Assembly (NCBI RefSeq): GCF_003334305.1
Contig: NZ_QOWS01000002.1
Source: Escherichia coli
GTDB lineage: Bacteria > Pseudomonadota > Gammaproteobacteria > Enterobacterales > Enterobacteriaceae
Strand: one strand, 5' to 3'
Length of the DNA: 64,000 nucleotides
Positions 1-9,846 of this stretch are shown one piece after another. The position numbers and the translations under genes were made by a program. The number at the start of each line of letters is the position of its first letter. The stretch's first letter is position 1. Under the pieces are notes generated by a model, which was not told where the DNA came from, did no database searches, and worked only from the letters and a program-made list of their open reading frames with translations.

Positions 1-64
1 GTGGCGGCCTCAGTCCGGAACAATTTGAAAACAAGAACCTCGCTTAGGCCTGTGTCCATATTAC

Positions 65-1244
65 GTGGGTAGGATCAATAAGAGTGGTTTGTTTTCAATG
101 GACAGAGTCATTCTTGATGACGTTCTATATTCATTGAGCCTACGATACAGAGTGAATCTATCAGAAAACGTAGTTGAAAAATTTATTGAAAGCGATAGCA
201 AAGAGAAGGTTGAACATCTCAGGAAGGAAATTGCTAGGTTTATCAGGTTTGCTAAAGAAAACTTTGATCTTATCCGTGGAGAGTTTATCGTTTTTGTACG
301 AAGAGAATCCTCTATTAAAGATTCGGAGAGAGCTAATGGAATTTTAGAAGATAACTCTGATACTAATTTCCTATTTCGATATCTCCCCCCTAATATTGCC
401 CGTCTGTATGAAAATAGACTATCCGTACAGAATATAGAACGTCTGGGCAATACAAATAAAATTCGGTTGTTAAACAGAAATGTTTTAACGAATGAAATTA
501 TGTTGAAAATTAAAGACTGCGAAAGCACGTATACAAATGGATATATGTATCAATATATAAATAATGCCATTGATAATGATGATGGCACCATATCTATGGA
601 AATTGTCATGGGAAAGCATAGCGGAAAAAAGTTATGAACGGTGGGTGCAGGGAGCAAAAAATCGTACAGTTCTCTTTCATTATAAAAACATTATTACTGA
701 TCTTAACCAAGCGCATTCATGCAGAGCGTCCCTGGGCGCATATTGCCCATTTCATGGAGAAATTCTTCGTAAACTGGATCAAAGGAATGAAGTTCAGAGG
801 GTTAAACTCTCTATTGACGTTCCATTTCTAGAGGGGCTTACTCCAAGTGAACTCTACAAAATTAGAACTGACTACGAATCGAGTTTTAATGCCTTCCGCT
901 CTGTGCTACGTGAAGCTGCGTATGACATAGAAGCAGAAAGTGACCCATATAAGAGGTAGCTGATAAATCAGCATTTTGTCGAGCGCATATGGGATGAAGG
1001 ATTGACCGATATTGAGCAAAAAATACAGACCTATAAGCGGAAAAGTAATAAAGAACTTTTTCTTAACATTGCGCCATCATTGATAGGTTTTATTGGGGCA
1101 CCAAATCCAGTGTCGTTGGCTACAGGAGCCTTTACGATTCTAAAAGAGGTTTTTAATATAACAAGCCACTCTTCAGAAATAAAGAGTCACCCTTCATATT
1201 TCCTTCTCATGACGTCAAAAGGCAAAAATAAATTTTATGACTGA
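65..1244 (+). pseudogene. Low-GC decayed coding region of unknown function: three collinear ORF segments (65-637; 564-959; 1002-1244)
   Basis: Segments 1 and 2 overlap by 74 nt in different frames near A-runs at ~620-660. Segments 2 and 3 share a frame and are separated only by one TAG at 957-959. Track starts at 65 and 1002 are GTG/TTG. Visibly AT-rich compared with flanking DNA. No recognisable motif. Confidence 0.3.
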
Positions 1245-1330
1245 AGCAGTAGAAAATATTGTGAAAATATATTCACTTAAGCAAAAAGGTTGAGGGGCTG
1301 CCGGATCTGTTATTAACGGGGAGCTAATTA

Positions 1331-1358
1331 CTTTGCCGAGTAAAGCAACTCGGCAAAG
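1331..1358. terminator. Perfect 11-bp stem / 6-nt loop hairpin between convergent genes
   Basis: CTTTGCCGAGT-AAAGCA-ACTCGGCAAAG. No clear U-tract on either strand. Confidence 0.3.
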
Positions 1359-1380
1359 TAGCATAGACTTGAGTGAATTA

Positions 1381-1899
1381 TTAGATTTTAACTAGTTCGC
1401 TAGTCTCTACTGAAGCTCTCAAATTAATGGCAGGCTCCTGTGAGCCAACTCGGTATGTGTAAGACTGAGGGTGATCTCTGGCAATGTCAATGAGATCGAT
1501 TAGAGCCTCAGTTGCTCTCAGAGCTTCATTTGGAAGTTCTCGAGGCTCGAAGCTACTGAGTGTGCCGGGCTTCATATGTGCAATCTGCTCATGCCTAATC
1601 TTTAATACTGGTTCTGCGAGTGCAAGGAACTTTTCAGCTGCCAATTTCACAGCCTCTGGTGAAGCAGAATACGAGCCGCGTTTCAAAAACATTGATACAG
1701 ATCTCACATCTTTCCTTTTATCCGCAAGACGCGCTAAACGGATCACCAACATTTCCAACAATGCATTGAGGGCTACCAACTGATTGGCAAGCTCATATCT
1801 TGTACTGCTATTAGTAAGGCCTTCCATCAACCGCTGATACGTATAGATGGTTGTTAGGATATGCCATGCTTCTGCTTCCATTTCTTCAAGAATCGTCAT
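1381..1899 (-). CDS. Hypothetical 172-aa protein; possible HEPN-like R-x5-H motif (KIRHEQIAH)
   Basis: Clean ORF, convergent with the upstream decayed ORFs. AT-rich promoter-like region 1900-2217 is shared divergently with the GTPase gene. Family assignment is inference only. Confidence 0.5.
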   Translation of the reverse strand: MTILEEMEAEAWHILTTIYTYQRLMEGLTNSSTRYELANQLVALNALLEMLVIRLARLADKRKDVRSVSMFLKRGSYSASPEAVKLAAEKFLALAEPVLKIRHEQIAHMKPGTLSSFEPRELPNEALRATEALIDLIDIARDHPQSYTYRVGSQEPAINLRASVETSELVKI

Positions 1900-2253
1900 A
1901 AATACTCCACAATGGTCTGATAGTTATCATGCAGATATCTAAATAACCAATTTAAACTAATTTTATAATTCAACACGTAGCACATGATACTGAATCACTA
2001 CGTATAAATTAGATACTTTAGGATTTTATTTGGACAAGCCCGCCCCGGAAGACAATTCTACCTTAGTGTATATAAGGACCGCTTATGGCACAGAGCGGAC
2101 TGTCAGATGAGGTTTAGTTCTGTACTAATGAGCCGATACAAATTAGCTGCATATACCTGCATTCCAAATAATTTTAGGCAGATATTATCTCCGTGAGTCC
2201 CCTGCCACCTTTCCGGTGTGCGGGGTTTTGTCTTTTTCACCGGGAATACATGT

Positions 2254-3126
2254 ATGAATCCGTCTGATGCCATTGAGGCAATTGAAAAACCGCTCTCCTC
2301 CCTGCCTTACTCGCTTTCCCGTCACATCCTGGAACATCTGCGCAAACTCACCAGTCACGAACCCGTGATTGGCATTATGGGTAAAAGCGGGGCCGGTAAA
2401 TCCTCACTCTGTAATGCACTGTTTCAGGGGGAGGTCACCCCGGTCAGTGATGTTCACGCCGGCACCCGAGAAGTACGGCGCTTCCGTCTGAGTGGCCATG
2501 GTCACAGCATGGTTATCACTGACCTGCCCGGGGTGGGCGAGAGCCGGGACAGGGATGCAGAGTATGAAGCCCTGTACCGTGACATTCTGCCTGAACTTGA
2601 CCTGGTACTGTGGCTGATTAAAGCCGATGACCGTGCCCTGTCTGTGGATGAGTATTTCTGGCGACACATCCTGCACCGGGGACATCAGCAGGTGCTGTTT
2701 GTGGTGACGCAGGCCGACAAAACGGAGCCCTGCCATGAATGGGATATGGCCGGCATTCAGCCTTCTCCCGCACAGGCACAGAACATTCGGGAGAAAACGG
2801 AGGCGGTATTCCGTCTGTTCCGGCCCGTACGTCCGGTTGTTGCCGTATCGGCCCGCACCGGCTGGGAACTGGATACGCTGGTCAGTGCGCTAATGACAGC
2901 ACTTCCCGACCATGCCGCCAGTCCCCTGATGACCCGCCTGCAGGACGAGCTGCGCACGGAATCTGTCCGCGCTCAGGCCCGTGAACAGTTTACCGGTGCG
3001 GTGGATCGGATATTTGACACGGCGGAGAGCGTCTGTGTTGCCTCTGTTGCCCGTACGGTTCTGCGTGCCGTCCGTGACACGGTGGTCTCTGTTGCCCGCG
3101 CTGTATGGAACTGGATTTTCTTCTGA
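2254..3126 (+). CDS. yeeP: YeeP/YkfA-family P-loop GTPase
   Basis: Walker A GKSGAGKSS near the N-terminus; recognised as the GTPase that precedes flu in CP4-44-like islands. Start moved to ATG 2254 (MNPSDAIEAIEK); track ORF begins at GTG 2218. Confidence 0.8.
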   Translation: MNPSDAIEAIEKPLSSLPYSLSRHILEHLRKLTSHEPVIGIMGKSGAGKSSLCNALFQGEVTPVSDVHAGTREVRRFRLSGHGHSMVITDLPGVGESRDRDAEYEALYRDILPELDLVLWLIKADDRALSVDEYFWRHILHRGHQQVLFVVTQADKTEPCHEWDMAGIQPSPAQAQNIREKTEAVFRLFRPVRPVVAVSARTGWELDTLVSALMTALPDHAASPLMTRLQDELRTESVRAQAREQFTGAVDRIFDTAESVCVASVARTVLRAVRDTVVSVARAVWNWIFF

Positions 3127-3244
3127 ACAGTCTGCCAGGGAAATGCCTGATAACATTACGTTAACCAACTGAAAACATGACACAAACCCCTCATACTCCT
3201 CCTGTTTCTCTTGCGTGACCGCCTTGTCGTTAATAGAATAAAAC

Positions 3245-3280
3245 GATCGATAAAACAGGTATCGATCGTTACTATCGATC
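3245..3280 (+). promoter_or_regulatory. Three clustered GATC sites upstream of flu: candidate Dam/OxyR phase-variation switch of agn43
   Basis: GATC at 3245, 3264 and 3277, ~220-250 bp upstream of the flu start codon, matching the known agn43 arrangement. Confidence 0.6.
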
Positions 3281-3497
3281 ATTTATAGTGGTTAATGGTC
3301 TGCGAAAAGGCAGCTGAATCTCTTCATCATGCAGAACGGAATTGCACACAACGGACTGATACTTCTCTGGCGGATGAGAGAGGGGAAGCATTTATGTCCG
3401 GGAAAAACCACTTTATCTGACCATGCTGTTTTGTACCTGCCGGTATCCACTTTTGTGGGTACCGGCTTTTTTATTCACCCTCTGTAAGGAAAAGCTG

Positions 3498-6344
3498 ATG
3501 AAACGACATCTGAACACCAGCTACAGGCTGGTATGGAATCACATTACGGGCACCCTGGTGGTGGCTTCCGAACTGGCCCGCTCACGGGGAAAACGCGCCG
3601 GTGTGGCGGTTGTGCTGTCTCTTGCTGCTGTCACATCAGTCCCGGCACTGGCTGCTGACACGGTTGTACAGGCGGGAGAAACCGTGAACGGCGGAACACT
3701 GACAAATCATGACAACCAGATTGTTCTCGGTACGGCCAACGGAATGACCATCAGTACCGGTCTGGAGTATGGGCCGGATAACGAGGCCAATACCGGCGGG
3801 CAATGGATACAAAATGGCGGTATCGCCAACAACACTACTGTCACCGGTGGTGGTCTTCAGAGAGTGAATGCCGGAGGAAGCGTTTCAGACACGGTTATCA
3901 GTGCCGGAGGCGGACAGAGCCTTCAGGGGCAGGCAGTGAATACCACTCTGAACGGCGGTGAGCAGTGGGTACATGAAGGCGGGATTGCAACGGGTACCGT
4001 CATTAATGAGAAGGGCTGGCAGGCCGTCAAATCCGGCGCAATGGCAACCGACACGGTTGTGAATACCGGCGCGGAAGGGGGACCGGATGCAGAAAATGGT
4101 GATACCGGGCAGTTTGTTCGCGGAAATGCCGTACGTACCACTATCAATGAAAATGGTCGTCAGATTGTGGCTGCTGAAGGAACGGCAAATACCACTGTGG
4201 TTTATGCCGGCGGCGACCAGACTGTACATGGTCACGCACTGGATACCACGCTGAATGGGGGGTACCAGTATGTGCACAACGGCGGTACGGCGTCTGGCAC
4301 TGTTGTAAACAGTGACGGCTGGCAGATTATCAAGGAAGGTGGTCTGGCGGATTTCACCACCGTTAACCAGAAAGGCAAACTGCAGGTGAACGCCGGTGGT
4401 ACCGCCACACATGTCACCCTGAAACAGGGTGGAGCACTGGTTACCAGTACTGCAGCAACGGTTCTTGGCAGCAACCGTCTGGGCAATTTCGCGGTGGAAA
4501 ACGGTAAGGCTGACGGCGTTGTTCTGGAGTCCGGTGGTCGCCTGGATGTACTGGAGGGCCATTCAGCCTGGAAAACACTGGTGGATGACGGCGGTACCCT
4601 GGCAGTGTCTGCCGGTGGTAAGGCAACAGATGTCACCATGACATCCGGTGGTGCCCTGATTGCAGACAGTGGTGCCACTGTTGAGGGGACCAATGCCAGC
4701 GGTAAGTTCAGTATTGATGGCACATCCGGTCAGGCCAGCGGACTGCTGCTGGAAAATGGCGGCAGCTTTACGGTTAATGCCGGGGGACAGGCCAGCAACA
4801 CCACTGTCGGACATCGTGGAACACTGATGCTGGCTGCCGGGGGAAGTCTGAGTGGCAGAACACAGCTCAGTAAAGGCGCCAGCATGGTACTGAATGGTGA
4901 TGTGGTCAGTACCGGCGATATTGTTAACGCAGGGGAGATTTACTTTGACAATCAGACAACACCGGATGCCGTACTGAGCCGTGCTGTTGCAAAAGGCAAC
5001 GCCCCGGTAACGTTCCATAAACTGACAACCAGTAACCTCACCGGTCAGGGTGGCACCATCAATATGCGTGTTAGCCTTGATGGCAGTAATGCCTCTGACC
5101 AGCTGGTGATTAATGGTGGTCAGGCAACCGGCAAAACCTGGCTTGCGTTTACAAATGTCGGAAACAGTAACCTCGGGGTGGCAACCTCCGGACAGGGTAT
5201 CCGGGTTGTGGATGCACAGAATGGTGCCACCACAGAAGAAGGTGCATTTGCCCTGAGTCGCCCGCTTCAGGCCGGCGCCTTTAACTACACCCTGAACCGT
5301 GACAGCGATGAAGACTGGTACCTGCGCAGTGAAAATGCTTATCGTGCTGAAGTCCCCCTGTATGCCTCCATGCTGACACAGGCAATGGACTATGACCGGA
5401 TTCTGGCAGGCTCCCGCAGCCATCAGACCAGTGTAAGCGGTGAAAATAACAGCGTCCGTCTCAGCATTCAGGGCGGTCATCTCGGTCACGATAACAACGG
5501 CGGTATTGCCCGTGGAGCCACGCCGGAAAGCAGCGGCAGCTATGGCTTCGTCCGTCTGGAGGGTGACCTGCTCAGAACAGAGGTTGCCGGTATGTCTCTG
5601 ACGACAGGGGTGTATGGTGCTGCAGGCCATTCTTCCGTTGATGTTAAGGATGATGACGGTTCCCGCGCCGGCACGGTCCGGGATGATGCCGGCAGCCTGG
5701 GCGGATACCTGAATCTGACACACACGTCCTCCGGCCTGTGGGCTGACATTGTGGCACAGGGAACCCGCCACAGCATGAAAGCGTCATCGGACAATAACGA
5801 CTTCCGCGCCCGGGGCTGGGGCTGGCTGGGCTCACTGGAAACCGGTCTGCCCTTCAGTATCACTGACAACCTGATGCTGGAGCCACAACTGCAGTATACC
5901 TGGCAGGGACTTTCCCTGGATGACGGCCAGGATAACGCCGGTTATGTGAAGTTCGGGCATGGCAGTGCACAACATGTGCGTGCCGGTTTCCGTCTGGGCA
6001 GCCACCACGATATGACCTTTGGTGAAGGCACCTCATCCCGTGACACCCTGCGCGACAGTACAAAACACGGTGTGAGTGAACTGCCTGTGAACTGGTGGGT
6101 ACAGCCTTCTGTTATCCGCACCTTCAGCTCCCGGGGAGACATGAGCATGGGTACAGCCGCAGCCGGCAGTAACATGACGTTCTCACCGTCCCAGAATGGC
6201 ACGTCACTGGACCTGCAGGCCGGACTGGAAGCCCGTGTCCGGGAAAATATCACCCTGGGCGTTCAGGCCGGTTATGCCAACAGTGTCAGCGGCAACAGCG
6301 CTGAAGGCTATAACGGTCAGGCCACGCTGAATGTGACCTTCTGA
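3498..6344 (+). CDS. flu: Antigen 43 self-associating autotransporter adhesin
   Basis: N-terminus MKRHLNTSYRLVWNHITG with extended signal peptide, repetitive G/T/N-rich passenger, conserved C-terminal beta-barrel ending in F. Start placed at ATG 3498; 948 aa. Confidence 0.9.
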   Translation: MKRHLNTSYRLVWNHITGTLVVASELARSRGKRAGVAVVLSLAAVTSVPALAADTVVQAGETVNGGTLTNHDNQIVLGTANGMTISTGLEYGPDNEANTGGQWIQNGGIANNTTVTGGGLQRVNAGGSVSDTVISAGGGQSLQGQAVNTTLNGGEQWVHEGGIATGTVINEKGWQAVKSGAMATDTVVNTGAEGGPDAENGDTGQFVRGNAVRTTINENGRQIVAAEGTANTTVVYAGGDQTVHGHALDTTLNGGYQYVHNGGTASGTVVNSDGWQIIKEGGLADFTTVNQKGKLQVNAGGTATHVTLKQGGALVTSTAATVLGSNRLGNFAVENGKADGVVLESGGRLDVLEGHSAWKTLVDDGGTLAVSAGGKATDVTMTSGGALIADSGATVEGTNASGKFSIDGTSGQASGLLLENGGSFTVNAGGQASNTTVGHRGTLMLAAGGSLSGRTQLSKGASMVLNGDVVSTGDIVNAGEIYFDNQTTPDAVLSRAVAKGNAPVTFHKLTTSNLTGQGGTINMRVSLDGSNASDQLVINGGQATGKTWLAFTNVGNSNLGVATSGQGIRVVDAQNGATTEEGAFALSRPLQAGAFNYTLNRDSDEDWYLRSENAYRAEVPLYASMLTQAMDYDRILAGSRSHQTSVSGENNSVRLSIQGGHLGHDNNGGIARGATPESSGSYGFVRLEGDLLRTEVAGMSLTTGVYGAAGHSSVDVKDDDGSRAGTVRDDAGSLGGYLNLTHTSSGLWADIVAQGTRHSMKASSDNNDFRARGWGWLGSLETGLPFSITDNLMLEPQLQYTWQGLSLDDGQDNAGYVKFGHGSAQHVRAGFRLGSHHDMTFGEGTSSRDTLRDSTKHGVSELPVNWWVQPSVIRTFSSRGDMSMGTAAAGSNMTFSPSQNGTSLDLQAGLEARVRENITLGVQAGYANSVSGNSAEGYNGQATLNVTF

Positions 6345-6364
6345 CAGAACCATCGCCTCTTTGT

Positions 6365-6389
6365 GGTCCCGATCATCATGATCGGGACC
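6365..6389 (+). terminator. Palindromic hairpin just after the flu stop
   Basis: GGTCCCGATCAT-C-ATGATCGGGACC, contains two GATC sites; no strong U-tract. Confidence 0.35.
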
Positions 6390-6458
6390 CGGACCGGCGC
6401 AACGGATATTCAACGCCACATTCGCTGGCATTAACAATAACATGATATTCATCACGGA

Positions 6459-8981
6459 GTGACTATGTTACAGATAGTCGGCGCGCTGATCCTGCTGATA
6501 GCAGGATTTGCCATTCTTCGCCTTTTGTTCAGAGCATTAATCAGCACGGCTTCTGCGCTGGCAGGGCTTATATTGCTGTGTCTGTTCGGCCCGGCCTTAC
6601 TGGCTGGCTATATCATCGAACGCATAACCCGGTTGTTCCATATTCGCTGGCTGGCAGGCGTATTTCTGACGATTGCCGGAATGATCATCAGCCTCATGTG
6701 GGGACTTGATGGTAAACATATCGCGCTGGAGGCTCACACCTTTGACTCTGTGAAATTTATTCTGACCACCGCTCTCGCCGGTGGTCTGCTGGCTGTTCCC
6801 CTGCAGATCAAAAACATTCAGCAGAACGGGATCACACCAGAAGATATCAGCAAGGAAATTAACGGGTATTACTGCTGTTTTTATACTACCTTTTTCCTTA
6901 TGGCGTGTTCTGCATGCGCACCATTGATCGCGTTACAGTACGATATTTCACCGTCACTGATGTGGTGGGGCGGGTTGTTGTACTGGCTGGCTGCATTAGT
7001 GACGCTGCTATGGGCGGCCAGCCAAATCCAGGCGCTGAAAAAACTGACCTGTGCCATCAGCCAGACACTGGAAGAACAACCGGTGCTCAACAGTAAATCG
7101 TGGCAGACCAGTTTGCAAAACGATTACAGCCTTCCTGACTCACTGACGGAGCGCATCTGGCTGACGCTCATTTCTCAACGGATTTCCCGGGGAGAGCTGA
7201 GGGAATTTGAACTGGCAGACGGAAACTGGTTACTGAACAATGCCTGGTATGAAAGAAACATGGCAGGGTTTAACGAACAGTTGAAAGAGAACCTGTCATT
7301 CACACCTGATGAACTGAAAACGCTCTTCCGGAACCGCCTGAATTTATCACCGGAAGCGAATGACGATTTTCTCGATCGTTGCCTGGACGGCGGTGACTGG
7401 TATCCGTTTTCAGAAGGTCGCCGTTTTGTATCATTCCACCACGTGGATGAGCTTCGTGTCTGTGCCTCCTGCGGGCTGACAGAAGTACATCATGCCCCGG
7501 AAAATCATAAGCCGGATCCGGAATGGTACTGCTCCTCTCTTTGTCGCGAAACAGAAATACTGTGTCAGGAAATTTATGAACGCCCTTACAACTGTTTTAT
7601 TTCCGATGCAACGGCGAATGGTCTGATTCTCATGAAACTGCCGGAAACCTGGAGTACAAATGAGAAAATGTTTGCTTCCGGAGGGCAGGGACATGGGTTT
7701 GCCGCTGAACGGGGAAACCATATTGTCGACAGAGTCCGTCTGAAAAACGCACGGATCCTCGGTGATAATAATGCCAGAAATGGAGCAGACAGACTGGTCA
7801 GCGGAACAGAAATCCAGACGAAATATTGTTCAACTGCAGCCCGTAGCGTCGGTGCGGCATTCGACGGACAAAACGGACAGTATCGTTACATGGGAAATAA
7901 TGGCCCCATGCAACTGGAAGTCCCCCGTGATCAGTATGCCGGCGCTGTTGAAACTATGAGGAATAAGATCCGCGAAGGTAAAGTACCCGGTGTAACCGAT
8001 CCCGCAGAAGCGTCCCGGCTGATTCGTCGGGGACATCTGACTTATACCCAGGCCCGTAATATCACCCGGTTCGGGACCATCGAATCGGTCACTTATGATA
8101 TTGCCGAGGGTTCGGTTGTCAGTCTGGCGGCCGGAGGGATCAGTTTTGCCCTGACGGCATCGGTCTTCTGGCTCAGCACTGGCGATCGCGATGCTGCCCT
8201 GCAGACAGCTGCTGTCCAGGCAGGAAAAACCTTCACCCGCACACTGGCTGTCTACGTCACAACCCAGCAACTTCACCGGCTCAGTGTTGTTCAGGGTATG
8301 CTGAAGCACATTGATTTTTCGACTGCCAGCCCGACTGTCCGACTGGCTCTTCAGAAGGGGACTGGTGCAGGAAATATCAGTGCCCTGAACAAAGTAATGA
8401 AGGGTACGCTGGTGACATCTCTGGCACTGGTAGCTGTCACAACCGGCCCTGACATGATCAAAATGTTGCGGGGACGGATCTCCGGTGCGCAGTTCATCAG
8501 GAATCTTGCCGTGGCATCTTCCGGTGTGGCAGGTGGAGCTGTCGGGTCAGTGGCGGGCGGGATACTGTTCAGTCCACTGGGACCATTTGGTGCACTGACA
8601 GGGCGTGTGGTTGGCGGTGTTCTGGGGGGAATGATTGCCTCCGCTGTATCAGGAAAAATTGCCGGAGCGCTGGTTGAAGAAGATCGCGTCAAAATTCTGG
8701 CAATGATTCAGGAGCAGGTGACATGGCTTGCCGGCAGTTTCCTGCTGACCGGACATGAGATTGAAAATCTGAACGAGAATCTGGCCCGTGTTATCGATCA
8801 GAATGCTCTGGAGATCATTTTCGCCGCCGGTATACAACAACGGGCCGCGACCAATATGTTAATCAAACCACTAGTGGTCAGTATCATCAGGCAACGCCCC
8901 GTCATGGAATATGATGCATCCCATCTCGGCAATATGGTTAACCGACTGGAAGAAGCATTCCCCCCGGAGCTCCCGGCATAA
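6459..8981 (+). CDS. yeeR: YeeR-family inner membrane protein, 840 aa
   Basis: Hydrophobic N- and C-terminal segments; recognised as the gene following flu in CP4-44-type islands. Confidence 0.75.
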   Translation: MTMLQIVGALILLIAGFAILRLLFRALISTASALAGLILLCLFGPALLAGYIIERITRLFHIRWLAGVFLTIAGMIISLMWGLDGKHIALEAHTFDSVKFILTTALAGGLLAVPLQIKNIQQNGITPEDISKEINGYYCCFYTTFFLMACSACAPLIALQYDISPSLMWWGGLLYWLAALVTLLWAASQIQALKKLTCAISQTLEEQPVLNSKSWQTSLQNDYSLPDSLTERIWLTLISQRISRGELREFELADGNWLLNNAWYERNMAGFNEQLKENLSFTPDELKTLFRNRLNLSPEANDDFLDRCLDGGDWYPFSEGRRFVSFHHVDELRVCASCGLTEVHHAPENHKPDPEWYCSSLCRETEILCQEIYERPYNCFISDATANGLILMKLPETWSTNEKMFASGGQGHGFAAERGNHIVDRVRLKNARILGDNNARNGADRLVSGTEIQTKYCSTAARSVGAAFDGQNGQYRYMGNNGPMQLEVPRDQYAGAVETMRNKIREGKVPGVTDPAEASRLIRRGHLTYTQARNITRFGTIESVTYDIAEGSVVSLAAGGISFALTASVFWLSTGDRDAALQTAAVQAGKTFTRTLAVYVTTQQLHRLSVVQGMLKHIDFSTASPTVRLALQKGTGAGNISALNKVMKGTLVTSLALVAVTTGPDMIKMLRGRISGAQFIRNLAVASSGVAGGAVGSVAGGILFSPLGPFGALTGRVVGGVLGGMIASAVSGKIAGALVEEDRVKILAMIQEQVTWLAGSFLLTGHEIENLNENLARVIDQNALEIIFAAGIQQRAATNMLIKPLVVSIIRQRPVMEYDASHLGNMVNRLEEAFPPELPA

Positions 8982-9056
8982 CGTGTGTTCTGCTCCTTTT
9001 AGGTTTTATCACCTGATTTGCCAGTGTCATCGTCATGACTCAGAGAGGTAAATACC

Positions 9057-9293
9057 ATGATTCACCTGTTCAAAACCTGCATTATTACTGGCGTCATTCT
9101 GGGGTTAACGTGGTCTGCCCCACTCCGGGCACAGGATCAACGTTACATCGGTATACGCAATACAGATACGATATGGCTCCCGGGAAATATTTGTGCTTAC
9201 CAGTTCCGGCTGGATAATGGCGGAAACGGTGAAGGATTTGGCCCCTCACCATCACTCTGCAACTCAAAGACAAATATGGTCAGACGCTGGTGA
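9057..9293 (+). CDS. Small hypothetical secreted protein (78 aa) with N-terminal signal peptide
   Basis: MIHLFKTCIITGVILGLTWSAPLRAQ signal-like N-terminus; AGAGAGG ribosome-binding site upstream. Confidence 0.4.
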   Translation: MIHLFKTCIITGVILGLTWSAPLRAQDQRYIGIRNTDTIWLPGNICAYQFRLDNGGNGEGFGPSPSLCNSKTNMVRRW

Positions 9294-9511
9294 CCAGAAA
9301 AATGGAAACGGAAGCTTTTGGTGACAGTAATGCCACGCGAACCACAGACGCATTTCTGGAAACGGAGTGCGTGGAAAATGTCGCCACAACCGAAATCATT
9401 AAAGCAACTGAAGAAAGTAACGGCCATCGTGTCAGTCTGCCGTTATCGGTTTTCGATCCCCAGGACTACCATCCACTGCTAATTACCGTTTCCGGAAAAA
9501 ACGTTAACTGA
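9290..9511 (+). CDS. Small hypothetical protein (73 aa)
   Basis: ORF overlapping the previous stop (GTGA); alternative ATG at 9302; weak ribosome-binding site. Confidence 0.25.
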   Translation: MTRKMETEAFGDSNATRTTDAFLETECVENVATTEIIKATEESNGHRVSLPLSVFDPQDYHPLLITVSGKNVN

Positions 9512-9536
9512 TCCCTGAAGTCAGTTTCATGCTTCA

Positions 9537-9572
9537 GCCTCTGTCACAACGCGTGGCAGAGGCTTTTTATTT
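9537..9572 (+). terminator. Rho-independent terminator-like hairpin with T-run
   Basis: GCCTCTG...CAGAGGC stem followed by TTTTTATTTAT. Confidence 0.5.
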
Positions 9573-9589
9573 ATCAGGAGAAAACAGAT

Positions 9590-9823
9590 ATGCCGGGTTA
9601 CACAGAGTATGTCCTGGCTGAAGGATCTTTCTCATACGGGCAGGCGGTTGCTGTCATAACAGCTTACCGCAATGTGTTTATCCAGGATGACCCGGGAATG
9701 CATTTCCGTCGGATTATCCGCAACACGGAAGGTCAGCGACGCTGGCGCTGCCGGAATTCTGAACCCGATGCCGGAAAGGTGCTTAATACGCGGCTCGCCA
9801 GTGACGGTCTTCTCAGACAATAA
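9590..9823 (+). CDS. Small hypothetical protein (77 aa)
   Basis: AGGAG ribosome-binding site 9 nt upstream of the ATG; flanked by two similar terminator-like hairpins. Confidence 0.4.
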   Translation: MPGYTEYVLAEGSFSYGQAVAVITAYRNVFIQDDPGMHFRRIIRNTEGQRRWRCRNSEPDAGKVLNTRLASDGLLRQ

Positions 9824-9846
9824 ACGTCATTCATTTCACCCATCAG

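Noticed and set aside
2-7. TGGCGG at the window start resembling the serX 3' end (TGGCGGTGAGG), as a possible attachment-site repeat
   Set aside because: Only 6-7 bp match, which is expected by chance. The far island boundary is probably outside the window.
3127-3240. Possible IsrC-like small RNA between yeeP and flu
   Set aside because: I recall a small RNA annotated in this position in K-12 but cannot identify its boundaries or a terminator from sequence alone, so it is not reported as a feature.
3885-5869. Several long minus-strand ORFs (up to 402 aa) inside flu
   Set aside because: They are antisense to the clearly coding, repetitive, GC-rich passenger domain of Ag43. Their translations are Cys/Thr-rich low-complexity sequence typical of a shadow frame.
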